A stretch of 64,000 nt of DNA from contig CAVXTM010000015.1 of the NCBI GenBank assembly GCA_963764725.1, positions 64,001 to 128,000 on the forward strand. Direction: 5' to 3'. The first letter of the stretch is position 1, and each line of letters opens with the position of its first letter. The notes below the pieces were generated by a model. That model was given only the letters and a program-made list of their open reading frames with translations. It was not told the origin of the DNA and searched no databases. The position numbers were made by a program, and so were the translations under genes. Positions 32,096 to 43,516 of the stretch are shown in pieces. This stretch comes from an uncultured Gammaproteobacteria bacterium. Its GTDB lineage: Bacteria; Pseudomonadota; Gammaproteobacteria; JACCXJ01.

Positions 32096-32726
32096 GCGCT
32101 TAGGATTGGCACGACGTGAATAAGCTCAAGGTCGTTCCGCTTGGCGACGGTGCGATCTCTATGTTTACGCCCAGCGCGAGCGCTCGTCGGCAATGAATGT
32201 TCTAAGCCAAGATTGAGCGCGTGACAGGCGACGGCGCGAGGGGAGGCCGCGGGGGCGGCCGCGATTAGACGCTAATGTCACGGGATAAGCCATCGCTGAG
32301 CAGGGAGAGCTACCATTGTAAAATTATCCGAGCCTGGCCCGTTTACCCGCGTCGACGCCCCCGAGCTCGCGCAAGCGCCCTGGGGACGGAGGGGCCAGTC
32401 ACGCTGAGAATCATCGCGAAGGACAAATACAAGCGTTCCGTTGCCGAGGCCTAACCGTGCGGATGCCCGTTGACCGCTCGCGCCACGCGGTCCTGCATGA
32501 TCCGTCGCTGGCCCGGCAGGCCGCGCGCCGCGCAATCTCGGTCCGACGGTCAACTCGCCCTACGCCGACTTCACGCCGTACATCTCCCGGGGCGGCCGCT
32601 ACCTGTCCTTCACGTCGGAGCGCCCGGGCATCGTGCCGGCGGTGATCGAAGGCCGCCCACCCGATGCCATCTATCAGGTCGATCTCGCGGACGCGCGCTT
32701 GGCGAATGACCAGAGCCGCGTCGCGA

Positions 32727-33671
32727 TCACTGCACGTCGAAGAACGCGAGCAGCTTGGCGGAAGCATCGAAGCCGTTGGCCGCAATCGGCCAAAGATGGC
32801 CAAGTCCGAACACCTCGGTGAACTGGATCTTCGGGTTCGCGATCCCGGCCTGGCAGTCGGTGGAGAAGAGCGCGTGAGTCGCCTGCGGCAGCGGCGGCTG
32901 CGGCAGCAACGACCCGACGATAAACTCGGTGCAGCCGTCGTTGGAGTACCAGCGACTGAACGAATCCCCCGCCGACAGCCGAAAGCCCCCGGCGGCCACC
33001 GGATCGCCGCCGGCGATCGGCACCGTCCCGTCGGCGTCACCGTGCACGATGAACACCGGCAACAACGTTCCCGCGGGCGGCGGGGGCGGCTCGGCGATTG
33101 TCGAGCCGTAGAACCCGGAAACCACCCCGATCGCGAGGAAGGTTGCCGGCGTGTCCGCGCCGAGCGCGTGGACGAAGTGGCCGCCCATCGAGAATCCGGC
33201 GGCGAGCACCCGCGCGGGATCCGCGTTGAGGTCCGGGCTCGTCGCGAGGTGGTCGATCAGCTCCTCGGCATAGAGCAGATCGTCTCTCACCGCGCCTGTG
33301 GTGTCCCAGGTGCCGCGCGTCACCACGCCCATGCCGAGCGTGCCCTGCGCGAAGACGACGATCTTGCCCTGCTGATTGGCGAGCGTGGCCATGCGGAGCA
33401 TGCCCGGCCGGTTCGAGAACGAGCTCGCCGACTGGCCGGCGCCGTGGAACATGACGACGAGCGGATACGGCACGGCGCGCGCGGGGTCGTAGCCCGCGGG
33501 CAACCGCAGGATGTACGCGCGCTGATCGCCGTTCACGACGTCGAATCGGAGCGCGTACGTCCCGGCCGCCTGCGGGATGGGATCGGTGACTGCATGCGCT
33601 AGAGACGCGCCGCCCATGCTGACAAGTAGGACTACTGCTGCACCAACATTTCTAAACAAATTCGCTTTCAT
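32727..33671 (-). CDS. Secreted PHB-depolymerase/LpqC-type esterase
   Basis: PLVVMFHG, DPARVLAAGFSMGG, HGDADGTVP, GLGHLWP. RBS and signal peptide are shared with the gene starting at 27212. Confidence 0.88.
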   Translation of the reverse strand: MKANLFRNVGAAVVLLVSMGGASLAHAVTDPIPQAAGTYALRFDVVNGDQRAYILRLPAGYDPARAVPYPLVVMFHGAGQSASSFSNRPGMLRMATLANQQGKIVVFAQGTLGMGVVTRGTWDTTGAVRDDLLYAEELIDHLATSPDLNADPARVLAAGFSMGGHFVHALGADTPATFLAIGVVSGFYGSTIAEPPPPPAGTLLPVFIVHGDADGTVPIAGGDPVAAGGFRLSAGDSFSRWYSNDGCTEFIVGSLLPQPPLPQATHALFSTDCQAGIANPKIQFTEVFGLGHLWPIAANGFDASAKLLAFFDVQ

Positions 33672-33733
33672 GATAGACTCCTTACCGTTAGCAATCGCTA
33701 ACAATTAACTGGCCCACCGGGACAGGGCGTGCC

Positions 33734-34984
33734 CTACTGGGTCATCACCTCGACGTCGATGGCGCTGTCGAACAGCCAGGCCTTGCTCCAGACGTCGCGG
33801 GTCTTGAACCAGATCCACTGGCTGCCGCGGTCGCTGCCGACCGCTTCGGTACTGTACGACCACGGCCCGCCACTGTCACCGGGGACCGCGTTGAGGTCTT
33901 CCATGGCTACGAGGTTCGACACCAGCCCGCCCGAGAAGGTGAGCGAGGTGACGAACGTCGAGTACACCTGGTCGCACGTCCGGGTGCCCTGCCTCCGGCT
34001 GTACACGCAGTAGGTGTTGTTCACAGCTGCGGAGGTCTCCACCGAGTTGACCTCCCTGAGGTCGGTCGGGCTGGCGTAGTACTCGGCGAGGTCGGCGTGC
34101 TGTACTCCGTTTTGATCAGGTAGAGTCGTGTGCCATTGCACGTCGCCGTTCAGACCCTCGTGCTCGTCCTCGAAAACCATGTCGTAGCTCGGTCCACCTT
34201 GGGGCTGGTGGTAGTGGTCTATTCCGCTGCAGTGGGCCGCGGTGGTCACACCCGTCTCATTGGTGAGCTGGGACTGCACGGTGAAGCCGCTGGTGCACTC
34301 GGAGGAGCTGCCGTGCACATACGCGCCGCCGTAGGTGTGGAACTCCTCGACGACGTCGTGGCCAACGAATGTGACCCGCACGCCGTCGCTCAGCGACGGC
34401 GGCAGTTCGGCTCCGGGCGTCTGTTCGCCGGTGACCGCGACCTCGATCAGACCGCTTGGCAGTACCGCGGAGCCAACCAGCTGATAGCCGGCGTCGCCGA
34501 AGAACCTCACCACGGCGACGGCGCGGTTCGCCAGTTCGGCGGCCGAGTACTTCCGGCCGCCGGTCAGACCGACGTTCAGGCCGGCATCGGTAGCCAGCGA
34601 TCGTGCGGCCGACGGCACGGCACCCTTGAAGCGCAGGTAGCTCCTCCCGCCCGGCGAGGCGGCGAACTCGGCACCGGCGAACTTGGTGGGAAACTGCGCC
34701 TCGATCTGGTCCTGCAGCTCACCGAATGCATGCTGATCGTCCAGGTGCCGTCGGGTGGCGGCGAGACTCCAGCCTTTGTCGTCGGCGATGATGGCGATGT
34801 CGATCGCCTCGGCGGTAGCCTGATCGTGCAACTCGACACTAGGGTCGGGGTCGACGGTGGCGGCCGTCGCCGGCGTGGCAAAGCTCGCGATTGCGATCAG
34901 GAGCGCCAGGGCGCGTGAAGCTGCACCTATTCCAACGAGTAGCGATATCGCCACACCTATACCTTTTAGCGTCTTCGTATTCAT
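33734..34984 (-). CDS. Secreted S1 serine protease (alpha-lytic/streptogrisin-like) with prodomain
   Basis: CTSGF, TAAHC, GDSGG. CAGGAGAA RBS. Confidence 0.9.
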   Translation of the reverse strand: MNTKTLKGIGVAISLLVGIGAASRALALLIAIASFATPATAATVDPDPSVELHDQATAEAIDIAIIADDKGWSLAATRRHLDDQHAFGELQDQIEAQFPTKFAGAEFAASPGGRSYLRFKGAVPSAARSLATDAGLNVGLTGGRKYSAAELANRAVAVVRFFGDAGYQLVGSAVLPSGLIEVAVTGEQTPGAELPPSLSDGVRVTFVGHDVVEEFHTYGGAYVHGSSSECTSGFTVQSQLTNETGVTTAAHCSGIDHYHQPQGGPSYDMVFEDEHEGLNGDVQWHTTLPDQNGVQHADLAEYYASPTDLREVNSVETSAAVNNTYCVYSRRQGTRTCDQVYSTFVTSLTFSGGLVSNLVAMEDLNAVPGDSGGPWSYSTEAVGSDRGSQWIWFKTRDVWSKAWLFDSAIDVEVMTQ

Positions 34985-35171
34985 GATAAGTTTCTCCTGC
35001 CGTTAGTTAACCTAACGGCCATCTGTGTTAACAACAATTGCTGGTGAGTCATAACCCAGGTTTTGGCGGCGACGAGTTGGATCTTTGGGTTTCATGATTC
35101 GCTGTGCAGCCGCAATCTGTCGTTCTCTGCGCTCGTTGTCGTCAGATTGCATTCACGAAGTCGTGTCGTTT

Positions 35172-35381
35172 TTATAAGAAGTACCTGGCGACCAGCTCGC
35201 GACCCGCCCGGGTAATAAACCCGTCGGCGCTGATGAGACCGAGCTCCTGGCAGGCCAGGAAGAGCATCCCGGGCATACCCTTGGGAAAATACACGGTCCC
35301 ATCGCCGTAGCGGCAGGCGAGAACCCGGACCAGCTCCCTCTCGCTTGGGCTTGACATCTGATGATTCGGGTAAGTGTTCAT
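35172..35381 (-). CDS. Small 69-aa hypothetical protein, copy 2
   Basis: Paralogue of 28489-28698 with the same RBS. Confidence 0.75.
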   Translation of the reverse strand: MNTYPNHQMSSPSERELVRVLACRYGDGTVYFPKGMPGMLFLACQELGLISADGFITRAGRELVARYFL

Positions 35382-35506
35382 GGGGCTACCTCCTCCAAGT
35401 GACGTCGCGGTCGCTCGATGAATTCAATGTCCGATTTACCCACCTCTGGAGCCGGCCTGCAGTGCCCGTGTTCAGAAGTTCAGCAGAGGTAGTTCAATTG
35501 GGACAG

Positions 35507-35879
35507 GAACCCCTCCGTCGATGCTTCTGCCGCCGGCCAGATGGCGAGGATCGCCGGGACTGTAAGGCGAAGGAGCCCGGCTTTACCTAGTGTCATTCTC
35601 TTCATCCTTAATGCCCATCGCATAACGTTGATAACAAGTCGCTCTCGTCGCATGCCAGGGAATTCGATTCCCCTTGAATCTATATTTCCCGCGCAGCCGG
35701 AAAAGGTTCATTTCTGAGAGCTACCGTGTGGGCGGACCAGCGGTTACAACGCTAGGAGGAGATAGCAGCGATGAACATCACACGGATGCGTTTGCACATC
35801 CCGTATGCTTGGTAGGTTGAACAGAATAGATGAAAGGTTATAGAGGAGACCCAGCCGTATACCGGGGGGTAATAAACTT
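35507..35879 (-). repeat. Repeat B copy 3 plus signal-peptide remnant of the STN-HEAT gene
   Basis: Homologous to 28336-28480 + 28817-28987. The ATG at 35605 gives MKRMTLGKAGLLRLTVPAILAIWPAAEASTE, then unrelated sequence and a stop. Confidence 0.9.
35683..35710 (-). promoter_or_regulatory. ECF-type promoter TGAACC-N16-GAAATA
   Basis: TGAACC TTTTCCGGCTGCGCGG GAAATA. Confidence 0.8.
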
Positions 35880-36107
35880 TTGCTCCACCTCTCGTCGTAA
35901 GAATCGCAGCAGAAGTGGCTCAGCCGGCGCGTAAGAAGCGTCTGTCGCCAAGCTCGTAGAGAGCACCTCTCGGGACAACGCGGTGCTCTGCATTCTCAGG
36001 GGTCACCCATTCCTTGACCCACCCATTCCAGACGGGCGATCTCCTTCACCAGACATCTGTACACCGCTAGGCTGGCTAGTTTGCCGCGTGACCGAGGGCC
36101 GCAGCGA

Positions 36108-37339
36108 CTAGCAGCTCGGACGCTGCATTAGTTTTGCTAATGCGCTACACGCATCGACCATCCTGATCTCATTCGTTGATGCGGATCCGGCTGCGGTCAA
36201 TAAACCGATTATCTCCGCAGGCCCAGATGGGGTTGTTTTTCCAGTAGCAAGGCGATGACACCACTCACGTGCGCGGTCGCCACGGAGCTACCCGACAAGA
36301 AATCATATCCGTCCTGCGGCGCGGTGGTCAGGATCTCGAAACCGGGAGCGGCGAGAATATCCTTGTTCGCTCGCCACTGAGGAGGAGGCATGCGGCCGTT
36401 AGCGTCGCTTGCGCCCACTGCGATGACGTTTTCCATGGACGCTGGGAATCCCGGACCGGGTGCTTGCGGTTCGGCCACGGCCGCCACCACGACTATTCCG
36501 CGGCCGGTGGCCGTTTCAATGAGGCGCCCCAGCAGTCGGTCGACGGGCCCAGTGAGGCTTAAGTTTACCACCTGGGCGCTGGTAGTTATCGCAAAGTCGA
36601 TGGCCTTGGCCAGGGTCCAACTGCTGCAGACGGCTTGCGTGTCACCTGCAGGATACCAGCACGCTTTCTCTGCGAGGATTTGCGCCTCGGGGGCGATGCC
36701 GAAGATCCCTATGTCGTTATCGGCCCTGGCGGCGATGATTCCGGCGACGGCGGTACCGTGCGGATCCTGCGAAAACGACTGCTCGCCATTTTCAACGAAG
36801 TTCGCCACCTTCATGATCTGCCCGCGCAGATCGGGATGACCCTTGTCTACGCCGGTGTCCACGATAGCGATCCTGACCCCGCGGCCGGTGCTCACACCGT
36901 GCGCGGTATCGGCGCGAATGAGCTCGGCTCCGTGTTGCATGGACGCATAGGGATCTGTGTGAGCCGATCCCAGTCCTGCGAAGACTTGGTTAATCTGTAC
37001 CGACTCTACGCGCGGATCGGCGGCCAGTTCGTCCAGTACGACATCCAGTGGTTTCCCCGAGGGGACCTCAAACACGATGCATTGCACGCGGATGGAAGAA
37101 AGCGGGAATTCTCCGACCAGCGTCAGGCCGTAGTTCGCGCCCAGTTCACGCGTGAACAGCGGCCAATGCGACTCGGCTTCTGCCGCCAGGGTGACGATGA
37201 GCTGCCGTTCCCGCAGTTGTTTGGGTGCGGCTTCGGCAGCGGTCTGTGACATCAATGGGAACCCTGCCCGGTCCGCACAACCGACCATCAACGCAAACCC
37301 CAGCAGCCACAGGCCGTTGCGAGCGCGCCGGCTCTTCAC
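36108..37339 (-). CDS. S8 subtilase lipoprotein (frameshift near 36225)
   Basis: Lipobox MVGC, IVDTG, HGTAVAG, NLSL, SGSSVATAHVSG. C-terminus continues in another frame as ...MVDACSALAKLMQRPSC*. Confidence 0.9.
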
Positions 37340-38031
37340 CGTGTTGCTGTGGCGGCGCGCTCTGCAAACCGCACCTTGGGATGGGCGCGCAGCTCCCCGA
37401 GCACCTGTGCCAGCTGCGATGGCGAGTGCTTTGGCAGAGCCACGACGTATACTCCGAGCGAGTTGGGACCTTGTACGATGCTGGCATGCATGGCGAGCAA
37501 GAGCGAGCGGATCTCTTTTTCTTTTGTGTCCTCGCTGAGGGCGATCTGCACTCGGGGGACATTATTGGGATCCGCTTTTGTTGGGGATGAAAGCGTTTGA
37601 TAGTACTCAGGCTGTTTATAGGGCATAAGCACAACCAGGGCTCCTACGAGCACGACCACGGTAACTGTCTGCATGCCTAGCATCCATCGCATCTCCGCGG
37701 GGCTTTGTCTGATGGATTGGACAAACCGCGTAAACCTATCGCGCCAAGCTATGGCCCGTCTTTGTGCCGGCGAAGAAGCGTTGACCTCTTCCATCAGGCT
37801 ATGGAAGTGGCCGGGCGAAGGAACCCACTCTTGATCGTCCATGGTTTGCACGCTGTGAGCAATGTCTCGACACCACTGCAACTCTTTTTGGCAGCGAAGG
37901 CAGACCGCAAGGTGCGCTTCCACTTCGATGGCTTCCCGTGGATCTAAGCTTCCGTTGACATACCACGGTAAGATCTCGATGATGTGCCGATGGGCGTCAT
38001 TCGCTGAGGTTAATGTGGTTTCGTTGCTCAT
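37336..38031 (-). CDS. Zinc-finger (zf-HC2) transmembrane anti-sigma factor
   Basis: LPWYVNGSL, HLAVCLRC (HxxxCxxC), single transmembrane segment, periplasmic domain. Confidence 0.9.
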   Translation of the reverse strand: MSNETTLTSANDAHRHIIEILPWYVNGSLDPREAIEVEAHLAVCLRCQKELQWCRDIAHSVQTMDDQEWVPSPGHFHSLMEEVNASSPAQRRAIAWRDRFTRFVQSIRQSPAEMRWMLGMQTVTVVVLVGALVVLMPYKQPEYYQTLSSPTKADPNNVPRVQIALSEDTKEKEIRSLLLAMHASIVQGPNSLGVYVVALPKHSPSQLAQVLGELRAHPKVRFAERAATATR

Positions 38032-38035
38032 GCCT

Positions 38036-38677
38036 TCACCTTTGTTCGGTTAAGATTTCAGCCAGCCGCCGGCGCGCGTGAAACATCCGTGTTTTGATGG
38101 TATTAACCGGAGCCCCCACGATCTCCGCGATCTCTAGGTAGGGGAGTCCATGGAAGAAGGTGAGTTCGATTACGGCGCGATGCTCGGCAGACAAAGCCGC
38201 GATCGCTTTGGCGAGCGTTCGGCTCCGTTCATGGCGCTCCAGATCCTGTTCCGGCGTTTCGTGATCCGACGCGTCGTTGGGGACACGTTCTTCGCAACTC
38301 GACTGAAGTTCGCCATCGGGCCCAGAGCTATGTCGCGAGGCTTGCTGGAGGGCTTTGAGGCCCTTCTTATGCGCAATGCCAAAGAGCCAGCTAGATAAAC
38401 GACAACTGGAATCGAAGCGGCCGGCATTGAGCCACAAGGTCAACATGACATCGCTTAGCGCCTCTTCGGTAAGCTCGCGGCTCTTCAGCAGTCTCAAAAG
38501 ATACCGTCCTAGCATCGGCGCGTAACGACGGTAGAGTACCTCAAAGGCTTGGCGGTCCCGCGCGGCCACGCGCATCATCATGGCGCCATCCGTTTCTGCA
38601 CCGGAAAAGTCGCAGTCCGTCACCTTTGGGTACTTACCTAACAGGCCCGAGTGATTCTTACATGCTACTGAAATCAT
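38036..38677 (-). CDS. ECF RNA polymerase sigma factor
   Basis: AFEVLYRRY, SSWLFGIA, region 4 YLEIAEIVGAPVNTIKTRMFHARRRL. Start uncertain. Confidence 0.93.
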   Translation of the reverse strand: MISVACKNHSGLLGKYPKVTDCDFSGAETDGAMMMRVAARDRQAFEVLYRRYAPMLGRYLLRLLKSRELTEEALSDVMLTLWLNAGRFDSSCRLSSWLFGIAHKKGLKALQQASRHSSGPDGELQSSCEERVPNDASDHETPEQDLERHERSRTLAKAIAALSAEHRAVIELTFFHGLPYLEIAEIVGAPVNTIKTRMFHARRRLAEILTEQR

Positions 38678-38753
38678 GAGTTATTCGCCAGCCTCGACAC
38701 TATGCGACCCAGAAACCTCATGCCGCGAGGTTCTGTTTGAGCTTCTCCCCAAG

Positions 38754-38781
38754 TATTTCCCGATTTCGCACCAAAGGTTCA
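38754..38781 (-). promoter_or_regulatory. Putative autoregulatory ECF promoter TGAACC-N16-GAAATA
   Basis: TGAACC TTTGGTGCGAAATCGG GAAATA, ~77 bp upstream of the sigma ORF, outside any repeat B homology. Confidence 0.8.
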
Positions 38782-38896
38782 AACCATCGGGTGTTTTCGC
38801 GAAAGTGTTAAATAGGCACGAGGCGAGAGCGCGCGTTGCGTTGAAGCTTTGCGGTTGACAGAATACCCGCCGAAAACCACTAGGGAAAGCGAAAAA

Positions 38897-40204
38897 ATGG
38901 GAACAGAGCAAAAAAGCCGTAGCGGCATTGCTTCGTTCTTCTGCCTATCGCTGGCCGCTATGGTATCTAGCCCATGCCATGGGGAGAGCTCTCTCATCGA
39001 TGCGCTAAGCACCGGCCAGTTTGACCTCTTTTTGCGCTACCGGTTCGAACACGTAGACGATGGCAAACCCGGCATCGAAGACGCATATGCCAACACGCTA
39101 AGAACTGCGCTCGGTTACAATACCGGGAGTTTTTATGACCTGGGCGTGTACCTGCAGCTAGAAGACGTACGCGCCCTGGGGAGGGAGTCGTTTAATGACG
39201 GGGGCGCAAACGGCGTTACCGATCATGCGCTGGTGGTGGATCCGGAAGGCACGGAGATCAATCAGGCCAATCTTCGCTACGAGGGCCTGCCAAGGACCGT
39301 CTTACGTGTGGGGCGTCAGGAGATCGCCCACCGAGAAGCGCCCCTGCACCGCTTCGTGGGGAACGTGCTTTGGCGGCAAAACTGGCAGTCCTTTGACGCC
39401 TTCCGGATCCTGAACCTCAGCATTCCCTACGCCGCTCTGGACTATGCCTATGTGTGGAACGTCAACACCATCTTTGGAGAGGGTAACCCCTTGCCCGGTC
39501 GCAGCGACTTTCCTATGGACAGCCATTTGTTGCGGGCCGAATATACGGGTCTCGCCTTAGGAAAGCTTGAGGCGTACGCGTACCTGCTCGATTTCGATGA
39601 CAGCGTCTCAGAGCGTTTTTCCACGGCCACCGGCGGCCTGCGTTTGGAAGGAGATCAGGGTTTAACGCCAAACGCTACGCTGACCTATGCCGGCGAATTC
39701 GCCCATCAGTGCGATTACGCTGATAATTCAAACGACATTGATGTCAATTACTATCTTGGCGAGGTGGGCGTCAGCTACAACCTCGGCTGGCAGTTACAAA
39801 CCGTCGCCTTGAATGTTGGCTACGAGGTGTTAGAGGGTGACGGCGGGGTCGACGCGTTTCAAACACCTTTGGGCACTAATCACGCCTTCCAGGGATGGGC
39901 GGATCGCTTCTTGATCACGCCGGGTGATGGTGTCGAAGACCTCTATGTCACGCTGAAGCTAAGCGCCTTTGGGGCGGTTCTGATCGCGGTTTATCACGAT
40001 TTTAACGCCGATAATGAGGGGTACGATTACGGGCACGAATGGGATATCGCGTTAGAGCGGCCGTTCGGCAGGGGTTTCCTGGTCGGCGTCAGTTACGCCC
40101 ACTACGAGGCGGATCGCAATGCTACCAATGTGCTTCGCAACAGCGCCGATGGACAGGCGTTTGATTTATCTAAGACCTGGGCCTATCTGCAGTTCCGATT
40201 TTAG
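38897..40204 (+). CDS. Outer-membrane beta-barrel, alginate export family
   Basis: LRYRFEHVD, DPEGTEINQA, FVGNVLWRQNWQSFDA, TPLGTNHAFQGWAD, C-terminal Phe. Confidence 0.85.
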   Translation: MGTEQKSRSGIASFFCLSLAAMVSSPCHGESSLIDALSTGQFDLFLRYRFEHVDDGKPGIEDAYANTLRTALGYNTGSFYDLGVYLQLEDVRALGRESFNDGGANGVTDHALVVDPEGTEINQANLRYEGLPRTVLRVGRQEIAHREAPLHRFVGNVLWRQNWQSFDAFRILNLSIPYAALDYAYVWNVNTIFGEGNPLPGRSDFPMDSHLLRAEYTGLALGKLEAYAYLLDFDDSVSERFSTATGGLRLEGDQGLTPNATLTYAGEFAHQCDYADNSNDIDVNYYLGEVGVSYNLGWQLQTVALNVGYEVLEGDGGVDAFQTPLGTNHAFQGWADRFLITPGDGVEDLYVTLKLSAFGAVLIAVYHDFNADNEGYDYGHEWDIALERPFGRGFLVGVSYAHYEADRNATNVLRNSADGQAFDLSKTWAYLQFRF

Positions 40205-40252
40205 CTATGGATTTGATATTGAGCGTAGGCGTCGCGTGCTCGCTCTCCCCGT

Positions 40253-43439
<3,187 letters not shown>

Positions 43440-43516
43440 GGGGAAACGCTTAAATAAGTAACCTATTGATTGTCAGTAGTTTAATGGCCATCTTGGTCAT
43501 GTCTGCGGGTTCCTTC

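Noticed and set aside
35640-35660. Sigma54 promoter (TGGCA) in repeat B
   Set aside because: No TTGC -12 element at the required spacing.
26000-36000. CRISPR array or integron as the explanation for the repeats
   Set aside because: Repeats are 100-370 bp and irregularly spaced, with no cas or intI gene. The GTT/AAC palindromes have the opposite order to attC (RYYYAAC...GTTRRRY) and are too short.
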